Assembly (NCBI RefSeq): GCF_000284115.1
Contig: NC_017080.1
Location: 2,700,001 to 2,732,000 of the forward strand
Reading direction: 5' to 3'
DNA: 32,000 bases
Source: Phycisphaera mikurensis NBRC 102666
GTDB taxonomy: Bacteria > Planctomycetota > Phycisphaerae > Phycisphaerales > Phycisphaeraceae
Positions within the stretch are counted from its first letter, which is position 1, and the number at the start of each line of letters is the position of its first letter. Below are positions 1 through 9,582 of this stretch, piece by piece. A program made the position numbers and the translations under genes. The notes beneath the pieces were generated by a model. It saw only the letters and a program-made list of their open reading frames with translations, was not told the DNA's origin and made no database searches.

Positions 1-318
1 GGACATGCGCAGCAGCAGGTTGTCGCGGGTGATGCCGGCGTTGTTGACGAGCACGTCGAGGCGGCCGTGCTCCTCGTTCACGCCCTCGACCAGCGCGGCG
101 AGGGCTTCGCCGTCGGCGATGTCGCAGGTGCGGGACGAGGCCTGCCCCCCCGCTTCCCGGATCGCCCCGACGACCCCGTCGAGCCTGTCCTGGTTGCGGG
201 CCACGCAGACGACGTGGTCGCCGCGGGCGGCCAGGGCGTGGGCGATGGCGGCGCCGATGCCGCGGGAGGCGCCGGTGACGAGGGCGATTCTTAAGGTTGG
301 GGTGGGGGTGGAGGGCAT
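1..318 (-). CDS. fabG: 3-oxoacyl-[ACP] reductase, FabG-type short-chain dehydrogenase (N-terminal 106 codons; 3' end runs off the window)
   Basis: My own reverse-complement translation from ATG (complement of 316-318) gives MPSTPTPTLRIALVTGASRGIGAAIAHALAARGDHVV...GRLDVLVNNAGITRDNLLLRMS. It has the TGxxxGIG Rossmann motif and the NNAGITRDNLL signature typical of FabG. It is absent from the ORF track because it is open at the window edge. Confidence 0.8.
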   Translation of the reverse strand, partial: MPSTPTPTLRIALVTGASRGIGAAIAHALAARGDHVVCVARNQDRLDGVVGAIREAGGQASSRTCDIADGEALAALVEGVNEEHGRLDVLVNNAGITRDNLLLRMS

Positions 319-449
319 GGGGCGGCGAGGGTAGAGGCGTCCCGGGCCGTGCGTCCGGAGTCGATGGAGGGAGCGGGGCATCGGCTGGGCCGACGACGCA
401 GCGCCGGCGTTCGCCAGCGGCCCGCGCCACCTGGTTCGGCTCGCTCGGG

Positions 450-2174
450 TCAGCCGCGGCCAGCGGGAACGCTCGGCGCCTCCCGCACGGACAGCTCGTC
501 GCCGGCATCCACGGGTTCGCGCCGCGGCGCGTCGTCGCTGCGGAGCCAGCGGTCGTGGACGCGGAAGGATTCCTCGGGCTCGGGGAAGTCGAGGCGGAAA
601 TGGGTGCCGCGGGATTCCTCCCGCCACGCGGCCGCGCGGGCGATGAGGGCGCCCACCTGCAGCATGTTCTGCACCTCCCAGCCGGCGCGGTCGTCGAAGA
701 TCTTGTCGAGCGTGTAGCGGCTCCAGAAGGCGAACATGTCGCCGACCTCGCGGAGGTGCTCGCCGGTGCGCTCGATGCCGACGTGCCGCCACATCACCGA
801 CCGCAGGCTCGAACGCACGTCGGCGAGGTCCAGGCCGGTGCGGTCCGAGAGCGGGATGTCGCTGACGATCTTCGTCCGGTGCGCCCCGTGAGCGGAGGCG
901 GCGTCGGCCGCGGCCTGGCCGACGGTCTCGCCGAGGACCAGGCCCTCCAGCAGCGAGTTGCTCGCGAGCCGGTTGGCCCCGTGCAGGCCCGAGCACGCGG
1001 CCTCGCCGCACGCGAAGAGCCCCGGGGAGCTCGTGGCCCCCGACCCGTCCACCTCGACGCCGCCGATCATGTAGTGCGCGCTGGGGTGGACGGGGATCGG
1101 CTGCCCCGGGTCGATCTCGAACTTCTTGAGCATCGCGGCGATGCCGGGGAACCGCTCGACGAACCGCCCGGTGCCGATGGGCGAGACGTCGAGGTACGCG
1201 TGGGTGTGCCCGGTGCGGGCCATCTGCTGGAGGATGGAGCGGCTGACGACGTCGCGCGGCGCAAGCTCCGCCCGCTCGTCGTAATCGGGCATGAAGCGGT
1301 GCCCGTTGCGGTCGACGAGGTGGGCGCCCTCGCCACGCACGGCCTCGGTGATCAGCGAGCGGGACGCTCCGGCGATGTACAGCGTCGTGGGGTGGAACTG
1401 CACGAAGGCCATGTCGCGGAGCGCCGCCCCGGCTCGCCACGCCATCGCGTGGCCGTCGCCGGTGGCGACGCCGGGGTTCGTGCTCTCGCGGAAGACCTGC
1501 CCGCAGCCGCCGGCGGCGAGCACCGTGGCGCCCGCCCAGATGACCTGCAGCCCGTGCCGGTCGTGGTGGGTGATGGCGCCGAGCACGCGGCCCCCCTCGT
1601 CGGTGAGGAGGTCCAGCACGTAGCAGCCCATGAAAGAGCGCACGCCCTCGGCCTCGGAAACGCGACGCCCCAGCGTGGCGACCAGCGCCCGGCCCGTCGC
1701 GTCGCCGTCGCTGTGGACGATGCGGAAGTGGCTGTGGCCGCCCTCGCGGCCGAGGGCGAGCCGGGCGGGCATCCCCAGGTCGCCCATCCCCGGAGCGTCC
1801 CGGGGCTCGCCGGCGGCATCGAAGGGCATGCCCCAAGCCGCCAGCTCGCGGACCGCCGCGGGTCCGCCCTCGACGATGCGCCGGGCGACCGGCTCGTCGA
1901 CGAGGCCGGCGCCGGCGGTGAGCGTGTCGGCGAGGTGGTGCGCGGTGTCGTCGTCGGGGTCGAGCACCGCGGCGATGCCGCCCTGTGCCCAGGCGGTGGA
2001 CGACTGCTCCAGCTCGCCCTTGGCGGCGACGATCACGTCGGCGCCCCGCTCCGCCGCGGCGAGCGCCGCCCGCAGGCCGGCGACGCCCGCGCCCACCACC
2101 AGCACGTCGGTGAAGATCTGCGGGAGCAGGGTGGCGCGGAAGGGGATGAGGTAGCGGCGCTGGCGGTGCGGCAT
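450..2174 (-). CDS. nadB: L-aspartate oxidase
   Basis: 574-aa ORF with an ATG start. It has an N-terminal FAD fold (DVLVVGAGVAGLRAALAAA), QGGIAA, the HPTTL...ITEAVRGEGAHLV block and a GANRLASNSLLEG motif. Overall layout is that of NadB within the fumarate reductase/succinate dehydrogenase flavoprotein family. Confidence 0.85.
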   Translation of the reverse strand: MPHRQRRYLIPFRATLLPQIFTDVLVVGAGVAGLRAALAAAERGADVIVAAKGELEQSSTAWAQGGIAAVLDPDDDTAHHLADTLTAGAGLVDEPVARRIVEGGPAAVRELAAWGMPFDAAGEPRDAPGMGDLGMPARLALGREGGHSHFRIVHSDGDATGRALVATLGRRVSEAEGVRSFMGCYVLDLLTDEGGRVLGAITHHDRHGLQVIWAGATVLAAGGCGQVFRESTNPGVATGDGHAMAWRAGAALRDMAFVQFHPTTLYIAGASRSLITEAVRGEGAHLVDRNGHRFMPDYDERAELAPRDVVSRSILQQMARTGHTHAYLDVSPIGTGRFVERFPGIAAMLKKFEIDPGQPIPVHPSAHYMIGGVEVDGSGATSSPGLFACGEAACSGLHGANRLASNSLLEGLVLGETVGQAAADAASAHGAHRTKIVSDIPLSDRTGLDLADVRSSLRSVMWRHVGIERTGEHLREVGDMFAFWSRYTLDKIFDDRAGWEVQNMLQVGALIARAAAWREESRGTHFRLDFPEPEESFRVHDRWLRSDDAPRREPVDAGDELSVREAPSVPAGRG

Positions 2175-2182
2175 GGAGAGCT

Positions 2183-2695
2183 TCAGGTGCCGGCGTCCGC
2201 CCGCCCGAGCGTGCCCCGGACGGAGGTGCGGGTGACGGGGAGCGGGAACCCGGACTCGGTGCCGATCTCGCGGAGCTCGCCGGGCGGGACGTACGTAGCG
2301 GCGACGGCGCAGCGGTAGGCCCGGCCGTCTAGCGTCGCGTCGGCGGGGACGGGCGCGGGGAGCGCACCCCGCAGGACCATGCGCTTCGAGCCGCGCGGCG
2401 GCAGCGAGACGCTCGGCGGGCTCGGCGCGTCGAAGGAGCCGAGCCCCTTGACGCTCAGCGTCATCCCGATCCCCGAGAGCGGGAGCTCGACCGCGTTGGG
2501 GTTGCTCATCTCCACCGTCGCCGCGAAGGCGACGCCCTCCGGCGTCCGGCGGGTGACGGCAAGGTCCACCAGCTCGATGGTGGGCCGCTCCACGAAGCCC
2601 TCCGTCACCGCCCGCCCGATCGACCGCGGGATCCCGCAGCCCGCCACCGCCGGCAGCAGCATCGACGTCACCAGCACAGCGGGGCGGAGCCTCAC
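2183..2695 (-). CDS. Putative lipoprotein, LEA_2/WHy-like (water-stress/NDR1-HIN1-type) domain
   Basis: The track ORF runs to 2797, but a GTG at the complement of 2693-2695 yields a classical lipoprotein signal: VRLRPAVLVTSMLLPAVAG|CG. The mature part (ELVDLAVTRRTPEGVAFAATVEMSNPNAVELPLSGIGMTLSVKG) resembles LEA14/LEA_2 beta-sandwich proteins. Its stop lies 8 nt upstream of the nadB start, so co-transcription is likely. Confidence 0.5.
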   Translation of the reverse strand: MRLRPAVLVTSMLLPAVAGCGIPRSIGRAVTEGFVERPTIELVDLAVTRRTPEGVAFAATVEMSNPNAVELPLSGIGMTLSVKGLGSFDAPSPPSVSLPPRGSKRMVLRGALPAPVPADATLDGRAYRCAVAATYVPPGELREIGTESGFPLPVTRTSVRGTLGRADAGT

Positions 2696-2876
2696 CCGCG
2701 GAGCGTACGGGAACGGCCCCGCAGCGGGGTCGCGCCCGCGCGAAGCCGGGGCGGGGGCGGGGACGCCGCGGACCGGGCGGCCCGGAGCGGCGACCACCCG
2801 ACCGTCCGCGGCCGCCCTCTAGGCTGCGCGACGCGAAGAAGCGGCCGGGACTCCCCGCCGCCTCCCGCCGGACCGC

Positions 2877-3692
2877 TCAGTCTTCGAGTTCGCGCTCGCG
2901 GTGCGAGAGCTGGGCCTTCAGGCGGGCGAGGATGCTCGAGTGCATCTGGCTGACGCGGCTCTCGGAGAGGTCCAGCGTCGCGCCGATCTCCTTCATCGTC
3001 ATCTCCTCGAAGTAGTAAAGGATGACGATCAGCCGCTCGGCACGCGAGAGCCCCTTGGTGATCAGCTGCTTGAGGTCGCTCTTCTGGACCTCCTTGAAGG
3101 GATTCGCCTGCCGCGTGTCCGCCAGCACGTCGATCTCCCGGACGTCCTTGCTGGAATCGCTTTCGAACCACTTCCGAGACAGCGAGACCATCCCGACGGC
3201 CGAGCTGTCCCGCTTGATCTTGACGAACTCCTCCTCGTCCACCCCGAGCTCCTCGATGATCTCGTCGTCGGTCGGCTTCACGCCGGTCTGCATCTCCAGC
3301 GAGCGACGCGCCTTGTCCACCTGGCTGCTGCGGGAGCGGACCAGCCGCGGGACCCAGTCCATCGAGCGGAGCTCGTCGAGGATCGCGCCGCGGATGCGCG
3401 GGGCGCAGTAGGTCTCGAACTTGACGCCCCGCCCCAGGTCGAAGGCCTCGATGGCGTCCTTGAGGCCGAAGACCCCCGCGGACATCAGGTCGTCGACGTC
3501 GACCTCGTCGGGCAGCTTCGTGTGGACCCGCTCGGCGTTGTAGCGCACCAGCGGCAGGTAACGCTCCATCAGGTCGTTGCGGAGCGCGTCGGAAGGCTTC
3601 TTCTCGTACCGCACCCAGATCTTGCGGGTCGCTTCCTCCTGCTCGGGCGTGGGCTTGATGCGGGGCGTGCGTGTCCGGGTGCGGAGAGCCAT
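2877..3692 (-). CDS. fliA: Flagellar RNA polymerase sigma factor, sigma-28 (FliA/WhiG family)
   Basis: 271 aa, ATG start. Region 2 (YLPLVRYNAERV...DDLMSAGVFGLKDAIEAFD...KFETYCAPRIRGAILDELR), region 3, and a region 4 HTH (LSRAERLIVILYYFEEMTMKEIGATLDLSESRVSQMHSSILARLK) are present. It lies at the end of an flhB-flhA-flhF-flhG cluster. Confidence 0.85.
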   Translation of the reverse strand: MALRTRTRTPRIKPTPEQEEATRKIWVRYEKKPSDALRNDLMERYLPLVRYNAERVHTKLPDEVDVDDLMSAGVFGLKDAIEAFDLGRGVKFETYCAPRIRGAILDELRSMDWVPRLVRSRSSQVDKARRSLEMQTGVKPTDDEIIEELGVDEEEFVKIKRDSSAVGMVSLSRKWFESDSSKDVREIDVLADTRQANPFKEVQKSDLKQLITKGLSRAERLIVILYYFEEMTMKEIGATLDLSESRVSQMHSSILARLKAQLSHRERELED

Positions 3693-3818
3693 GAAGAGCG
3701 TCCTTGATCTTGAGAAGTGAGCGGGCGGGACCGCTCGGGTGGGGTGGGTGGACGCCGCGACCGTGCGGCGTGTTGGAGGTCAGGGCAAGGAGCGCCGGTG
3801 GCGGCGCGAGGGGCCGGT

Positions 3819-4205
3819 TCACGCCGCCCGGCGGGTCGCGGCGACGGGCGGGGCTTCATCGGAAGGGGACAGAGCCGCGGAAAGCGGCAGCGTTTCCGGA
3901 CCTTCGGCCGCGTCGCCGGCGTCCGATGGGGCGTCCGCGTCCGGACCCTCCGCGAGCGCGAGAGCGGCCGCGGCCTCGAGCATCCGCCCCGCCGCATAGG
4001 CCGCGAGCAGCACCACCAGCCCGCGACCCAGGACCGCTGACGACGCGTTCCCGGCGATCGTGCCCGCCAGCAAAGCGGCGGCGAAGCACAGCAGGCCGAA
4101 GGAGGTGGCAAAGAGGCGGGGGCGGATCGTCGGGCTCCTTGGTGGTCGTGGCGCGGCGGCGAGGTCGCGTGCGGCTGGGGTCACCGGGTTGTTGTTCCCG
4201 AGCAA
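3819..4205 (-). CDS. Hypothetical small membrane protein (two predicted TM helices, acidic C-terminal tail)
   Basis: 128-aa ORF with a TTG start in the track; the true start is uncertain. The hydrophobic stretches LFATSFGLLCFAAALLAGTIAG and GLVVLLAAYAAGRML use GC3-rich codons like the neighbouring genes. I recognise no homology. It sits 126 nt upstream of fliA. Confidence 0.35.
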   Translation of the reverse strand: MLGNNNPVTPAARDLAAAPRPPRSPTIRPRLFATSFGLLCFAAALLAGTIAGNASSAVLGRGLVVLLAAYAAGRMLEAAAALALAEGPDADAPSDAGDAAEGPETLPLSAALSPSDEAPPVAATRRAA

Positions 4206-4662
4206 GCGGCGTGCCGGTCGGGCAGGCGGATGTCGGAAGGGCAGACGGGACGAGGCCCGCGGTCAGAGAGGAGATCGTCTCGGGACGCTCTCCCTCAACG
4301 GCCCGGAAGCTACCGAACCGCTGGCGGCCGGATGAGAAGCCGCGGCCGTCGCTCGGCGGCGTTGTTGAGAACGCCGCTCCCGGCTCCATGCCGGCCGCCG
4401 ATCCCGTTGAACCGCGATCTGCCGGGGTTCTTCGGCGGAGAACGTGCGGACACACGCTCCGCCGAGCGTGGAGTCCGCTGGAGAACCCGCTTCAGCACCA
4501 AGAGAGACGTCGGATTCGTAGCCCGAAATGAAGATGATTTTCGGCGCGCTATCGAGCTTTCCCCCAAACTACTCACAACGTTTGGGCAACGGCCTCCGTT
4601 GAATGACCCGCGTCAGCAGCCCAAACGACCCGCAATGCCCTACGTGTGCGTTCGCTTTGAGC

Positions 4663-4714
4663 AAAAACTGCGGGGGCCTCGATCCGGTACGCAGTCTCTG
4701 CCTGCCGCGGCAGG
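4663..4714 (-). terminator. Possible terminator region downstream of flhG (GC palindrome followed by a T5 run on the minus strand)
   Basis: A perfect 14-nt palindrome, cctgccgcggcagg (4701-4714), begins 14 nt after the flhG stop. A weak ctgcg...cgcag stem then precedes ttttt (complement of 4663-4667). A T5 run stands out in sequence this GC-rich. The geometry is not canonical. Confidence 0.25.
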
Positions 4715-4727
4715 GGAACCGGCTGCG

Positions 4728-5651
4728 TCACCCGATCCGCAGCAGCCGCCTCAAAAAGCCGCGGCCACGGTCCGGCGCCGCCTCCACGGGCCGCTGTGAG
4801 GCTCCGCGGGAGTCGAGCGTCGCCGCCAGGCGGGCCATCTGCCAGCCCGCCGGCGTCGCCGCGGCCTCCTGCAGCAGCGGCGTCCGCGCTCGAACGGCCG
4901 CGGCCACCGCCGGATCGTCGGGGACGTAGCCCGCGAGCGACGGGCTGAACCCCAGGAAGTGGCGGCAGGCCGATTCGAGGCGGTCGTGGACCTCCCCCGC
5001 CTCCGTCGCGTCCCGCACGCCGTTGACGACGACGCGGGCGTGCTGCGCGTCGTCGGACAGCGCCAGCGTCTTCAGGAGCGCGTAAGCGTCGGTGACGGCC
5101 GTCGGGTCCGGCGTGGTCACGACCAGCAACCGCGCCGCCGCGGCACAGAAGGCCTGCACCACGGGTCCCACGCCGGCTCCGACGTCGATGAGGATCAGGT
5201 CGTTCGCGGCCTCGAGGCGGTCCATGCCCTTGAAGAGGTCTCCGAGATGCTCGGCGGGGAGGTCGCCCGCCCCGGTGAGGCCCGAAGCGCCCGGCAGCAG
5301 GTGGAAGCCGGCGGGTGTCCGCAGGGCGATCTCCGGGAGGCGGTGCGTGCCCGCCAGCACGTCCGCGAGCGTCGCTTCCGGCGTGAGCCCGCAGGCCACG
5401 TCCACGTTCGCGGTCCCGAAATCGGCGTCGAGCACCAGCACCCGGCGCCCGCGGCGGACCAGCTCGGCGGCCAGGCTCACGACGAGCGTCGTCTTCCCGA
5501 CGCCGCCCTTGCCGGAGGCCACCGCGACCGTCCTGGCTCGGCGTCGCGGGCTGGAGGTCCTGGCGGCGGCCTCCCCGGTCGGCGGGTGTGCTTTCGCTTC
5601 GCCCGCGAGGCGATCGACCATGGCTCTCAGGGCTTCGGCTTGGTCCAGCAT
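4728..5651 (-). CDS. flhG: Flagellar number/placement regulator FlhG (MinD/ParA-type ATPase; FleN/YlxH)
   Basis: Deviant Walker A (VASGKGGVGKTTLVVSLAAEL) and the LVLDADFGTANVD block. I place the start at the ATG (complement of 5649-5651), giving MLDQAEALRAMV. This matches the conserved N-terminal DQAxxLR activator-helix motif of FlhG. The track ORF starts at an upstream TTG (5690). Confidence 0.85.
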   Translation of the reverse strand: MLDQAEALRAMVDRLAGEAKAHPPTGEAAARTSSPRRRARTVAVASGKGGVGKTTLVVSLAAELVRRGRRVLVLDADFGTANVDVACGLTPEATLADVLAGTHRLPEIALRTPAGFHLLPGASGLTGAGDLPAEHLGDLFKGMDRLEAANDLILIDVGAGVGPVVQAFCAAAARLLVVTTPDPTAVTDAYALLKTLALSDDAQHARVVVNGVRDATEAGEVHDRLESACRHFLGFSPSLAGYVPDDPAVAAAVRARTPLLQEAAATPAGWQMARLAATLDSRGASQRPVEAAPDRGRGFLRRLLRIG

Positions 5652-5707
5652 GACTTTCCCCAACGATTGCCCGTGTGGCAAGGTGGGCAACCCTAGAGCA
5701 ACGGCGT

Positions 5708-7240
5708 TCAGCCGGCGGGAGCGCCCGTCACGGCGGGTTCACCGGGCGTCGCAGCGGGGGCCGGCGGGGGCGGCCCCGCGAGCCGCCGGGCGAGCGCGGC
5801 GGCGTCCGCCGGCTCGATGTCGTGGGGCACCTCCTGCCCGGTCGTCAGGAAGCTCGGCGGCAGCCCCGTGGCCTCCACGACCGCCACCAGGCCGCCGCAG
5901 GCCTCGACCTCGTCGCACTTGGTGAAGATGATGCGATCGGGACGCGCGGACGCGAACCGCTCCCCGGCGGTGCGGAGCACGGCGGGGCTGGACGCCAGGG
6001 AGAGCACCAGGTGCGTCTGGTGAGGCCGCGCCACGGCGAGGAAGGCGCCGAGTTCGTTCACCCGGTCGGTGTCGCGGGGGCTGCGGCCGGCGGTGTCGAT
6101 GAGCACGACGTCGCAGCCCGCCAGCCCCGCCAGCCGGTCCGCCAGCTCCTCGGGCGACGACGCCACCGCGAGGTCCGACCCGATGATGTTGCAGTAGGTG
6201 CGCAGCTGCTCCACCGCGCCGATGCGGTAGGTGTCCAGCGTCACCACCCCGACCTTTTGTCCGTGCCGCAGCTTCAGCTGCGCCGCGAGCTTCGCGATGG
6301 TGGTCGTCTTGCCCACCCCGGTGGGGCCGACGAGCGCGAGCGTGAGCGGGCGGCGATCGGACGCGGGCCCGGTGTACGCCTCCAGCCCGGCGCCCGCCGC
6401 CGGCCGATCCGATCCCGCGTCCGCCTCCCGGCTCCCCCGGAGCATCCGCTCGAGCGCGTCCCGGACCCCGCCGTCGCCGATCCCCGCCCCGCCCGCGCCC
6501 CCCGCGTCCGCCGCCGCCGCGACGAGCCGCCGGGCCAGCTCCTCGGCGACTTCGGCGTGGATCAGCCGCTCGTAGGCCTGCGCGATCGGCCCGTCGCCCC
6601 CGGCTCCCGCCGCTTTGAAGAGCTCGGGCGCGGCCCGACGCGCCGCCTCCACCTGCTGCGACCGCGCCACGCGCTCCACCAGCTCGCGGACGGCCGCGAG
6701 CTCGCCCGCGAGGGCGGCCGGGGGCTCGACGTTCGCGGCGGCGGGCCGCTTCGCCGGCCGGTCCGGCGGCGGCGTCGCCGCGGGTCGGTCGCTCCGCCGC
6801 TCGCGTCCCGGCGGCTCGCCGCCGGGACGCTCCCGGACCGGGTCGGCGAGCGCCGCGGCGGCGGCCGCCGCCGCGCCCGGCTCGTCGAGGTCCAGCCGTG
6901 CCGCCGCGTAGGTGCGGCGGATGAGGTCCCCCGCGAGCGGTGCCGGGGCCGACTTGAGCCGGCGCTTGGAGACCCCCAGGGCGCCCGCCGCCGCCGCATC
7001 CTCCGGCTCGCCGGCCCCGCCCGCGGCGGCCTGCCGCCGGCCCCGCCGCCTCGCCGCGGCCTGCAGCACCGGCAGCGCGATCGCGGTCACCTCCACCACC
7101 GCCCGCCCGCCCAGCTGGGGGATGCCGAGCAACCCGCCGCGCCGGTAGGTCCGCGTGTGGAGCACCACCGCGTCCTGGCCGAGGTCGCCGCGGGCCATGG
7201 CGAGCGCATCGGCGGCGTTGCGGGCGGTGTACGTCTTCAC
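5708..7240 (-). CDS. flhF: Flagellar biosynthesis GTPase FlhF (SRP-type)
   Basis: 510 aa, GTG start. N-terminal B-domain-like MKTYTARNAADALAMARGDLGQDAVVL, then a long Ala/Pro/Arg-rich low-complexity linker. The NG domain has G1 (LVGPTGVGKTTTIAKLAA), DTYRIGAVEQL, G3 (LIDTAGRS) and TKCDE. Confidence 0.85.
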   Translation of the reverse strand: MKTYTARNAADALAMARGDLGQDAVVLHTRTYRRGGLLGIPQLGGRAVVEVTAIALPVLQAAARRRGRRQAAAGGAGEPEDAAAAGALGVSKRRLKSAPAPLAGDLIRRTYAAARLDLDEPGAAAAAAAALADPVRERPGGEPPGRERRSDRPAATPPPDRPAKRPAAANVEPPAALAGELAAVRELVERVARSQQVEAARRAAPELFKAAGAGGDGPIAQAYERLIHAEVAEELARRLVAAAADAGGAGGAGIGDGGVRDALERMLRGSREADAGSDRPAAGAGLEAYTGPASDRRPLTLALVGPTGVGKTTTIAKLAAQLKLRHGQKVGVVTLDTYRIGAVEQLRTYCNIIGSDLAVASSPEELADRLAGLAGCDVVLIDTAGRSPRDTDRVNELGAFLAVARPHQTHLVLSLASSPAVLRTAGERFASARPDRIIFTKCDEVEACGGLVAVVEATGLPPSFLTTGQEVPHDIEPADAAALARRLAGPPPPAPAATPGEPAVTGAPAG

Positions 7241-7288
7241 GGCGGGGAAGGAAGCGAGAGCAAAACCTGGGGCGAGCGGAACCTCAAA

Positions 7289-9559
7289 CTACCCGGCGAG
7301 GGCGGCGGCACGCCCGGGCGCGAAGGAGGCGCCCGGGGTGGTGCCCGCGCCCTGCGGCGTGAACTCCACGACCCCGACGCTCTCCACCTCCACCCCCTGC
7401 GCCACCTCGTTGTACCCGAGCACCGCCGCCGCGGGCAGGTGCGGCTCGAGGATCGTCCGGATCGGCTTACGCACCGGCGGCGACGCCAGCACCACCGGGT
7501 GGTGGCCCAGGGCCATCAGCCGCTGCAGCTCGTCGACCAGGGCGGCGGCGACGCCGTTGGCGACCCCGGGCGGCATCGACAGCGCCGTGCCGTGCTCGCC
7601 GCGGTCGACGTAGCCGGAGATCAGCTCCTCGAGCGCGGGATCGACCGACACGCAGTGCAGCCGCAGTCCGCCGCCGACGCCGTCGGGTCCGGCCTCCACC
7701 GGCACCGCCCAGGCCGCGCAGATCGAACGCCGCAGCGCGTTCCGCACGTACTCGGTCAGCACGTCAACGTCCTGCGTCCGCGGAGCCCAGGTCCCCAGCG
7801 TCTCGACCACCGTGCCCAGGTCGCGGATGCTCACGCGCTCGGCGAGCAGGTTCTGCAGCACACGCTGCAGCTCCGCCGGCTTGAGCACCGGGCTCTCGTT
7901 GGGCCCCGAGGCCGGCCCGAGCACGGCGTCGCAGAGCGCCGGGCTCTTCTCGCGGAGCTGCGTCACCAGGTTCGCGGTCTCCTCGAAGTCCAGCAGCTCG
8001 GCCGCGTGATTCTTGACCACCTCGGTGAGGTGGGTCGACAGCACGGAGGTCGGGTCGATGACCGTGTACCCCGCCATCTCCGCGGCCTCCCGCTGCGATC
8101 GATCCACCCACGTCGCCTCCAGCCCGAAGGCCGGCTCGCGGGTGCGGAGCCCGTCCAGCGGCGCCGCTTCGGGGTCGGTCACGCCGCCGTCCATCGCCAT
8201 GAACTGTCCGGGGTACAGCTGGCCCTCGGCGACGGGGTTGCCGCGGACCTTCAGCCGGTAGGTGTTGGGCTGGGCTTCCATGTTGTCGCGGATGCGGACC
8301 GGCGGCATCACCAACCCGTTCTCGGCGGCGAGCTGCCGGCGGATCAGGGTGATGCGGTCGAGCAGGTCGCCGCCCTGAGAGGGATCCACCAGCGTCACCA
8401 ACGCGTACCCGATCTCCAGCTCCAGCGTGTCGACGCCGAGCGCGTCGGCGAGCAGGTCGTCCTCCTGCTTCTTCTTGTCCTCGGCCGAGAGCGGCTCGGC
8501 CCCGCCGCCGGCCACCGCCGCGCCGCCCGGCACCCCCGGCCGGCCGGCCGGCCCGCCGGCGCGTCCCGGCGTGGCGGAAGCCCCCGCCCGCCACGCCATC
8601 ACGCCCGCGACCGTGGCCAGTGAGAGCAGCGGCACCGCCGGGAGCCCGGTGAATGCGAGGAGGCCCAGGAAGCCGGCCGTCATCGCCAGGGCCCCGCGGC
8701 CGCCGGTGAGCTGCTTGCCCAGCTCGCTGCCGAGCTGCTCCTTTGAGCCCGAGCGCGTGACGATCAGGGCCGCCGCGATGGAGATCACCAGCGCCGGCAT
8801 CTGGCTCACCAGCCCGTCGCCGACGGTCAGCCGCGTGTACACCTCCGCGGCCTCCACCACCGCGTACCCGTTGATCGCCACGCCGACCGCGAAGCCGCCG
8901 ACGATGTTGACCAGCGTGATGATGATCCCCGCCACGGCGTCCCCCCGCACGAACTTGCCCGCACCGTCCATGGCCCCGTAGAAGTCGGCTTCGCGGCCGA
9001 TCTTCTCCCGCCGCTCCCGGGCCGCCTTCTCGTCGATCAATCCGGCGTTCAAGTCGGCGTCGATCGCCATCTGCTTGCCCGGCATCCCGTCGAGCGTGAA
9101 GCGGGCGGCGACCTCGCTGATCCGCCCGGCCCCCTTGGTGATGACCATGAATTGGACGACGATCAGGATCAGGAACAGGATCACCCCCACCACGACCGAG
9201 CTGCCGGTCACGAACTCGCTGAAGGCCTCGATGACCCGGCCGGCGACGGCCGTCGGGTCTCCGCCCTGCGCCGAGCCCGAGAGGATCAGCCGCGTGGTGG
9301 CGATGTTGAGCACCAGCCGGAACAGCGTCGTCGCCAGCAGCACCGACGGGAACACGCTGAACTCCAGCGGGCTCTTCAAGAACACCGTCGTCATCAGGAT
9401 GAGCGCGGCGAGGCCCAGGTTGGCCGCGATCAGCAGGTCCATGACCAGCGGCGGCAGCGGCACGACGATCACCGCGATGAGCCCGATGAAGGCGGCCGGG
9501 ACCAGCAGGGCGCGGTAGGGCTCGACTCTGTTGACGAGGTTCTGGAGTCCTGGCTGCAT
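7289..9559 (-). CDS. flhA: Flagellar type III export gate protein FlhA
   Basis: 756 aa, ATG start. The N-terminal membrane domain carries the conserved FPSVLLATTLFRLVLNIATTRLIL and FHIPEP-type loop GGFAVGVAINGY. The cytoplasmic domain has LELEIGYALVTLVD...ENGLVMPPVRIRDN. A Gly/Pro/Ala-rich linker (AGASATPGRAGGPAGRPGVPGGAAVAGGGAEP) makes it longer than typical FlhA. Confidence 0.95.
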   Translation of the reverse strand: MQPGLQNLVNRVEPYRALLVPAAFIGLIAVIVVPLPPLVMDLLIAANLGLAALILMTTVFLKSPLEFSVFPSVLLATTLFRLVLNIATTRLILSGSAQGGDPTAVAGRVIEAFSEFVTGSSVVVGVILFLILIVVQFMVITKGAGRISEVAARFTLDGMPGKQMAIDADLNAGLIDEKAARERREKIGREADFYGAMDGAGKFVRGDAVAGIIITLVNIVGGFAVGVAINGYAVVEAAEVYTRLTVGDGLVSQMPALVISIAAALIVTRSGSKEQLGSELGKQLTGGRGALAMTAGFLGLLAFTGLPAVPLLSLATVAGVMAWRAGASATPGRAGGPAGRPGVPGGAAVAGGGAEPLSAEDKKKQEDDLLADALGVDTLELEIGYALVTLVDPSQGGDLLDRITLIRRQLAAENGLVMPPVRIRDNMEAQPNTYRLKVRGNPVAEGQLYPGQFMAMDGGVTDPEAAPLDGLRTREPAFGLEATWVDRSQREAAEMAGYTVIDPTSVLSTHLTEVVKNHAAELLDFEETANLVTQLREKSPALCDAVLGPASGPNESPVLKPAELQRVLQNLLAERVSIRDLGTVVETLGTWAPRTQDVDVLTEYVRNALRRSICAAWAVPVEAGPDGVGGGLRLHCVSVDPALEELISGYVDRGEHGTALSMPPGVANGVAAALVDELQRLMALGHHPVVLASPPVRKPIRTILEPHLPAAAVLGYNEVAQGVEVESVGVVEFTPQGAGTTPGASFAPGRAAALAG

Positions 9560-9582
9560 GGCGCTGGTCAGCTTTCTTCCAA

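Noticed and set aside
2829-2845. gcgaagaagcgg in the gap between the lipoprotein gene and fliA, as a possible element fragment
   Set aside because: It is about one and a half units with no opposing arm, which cannot be told apart from chance in purine-rich GC-rich sequence.
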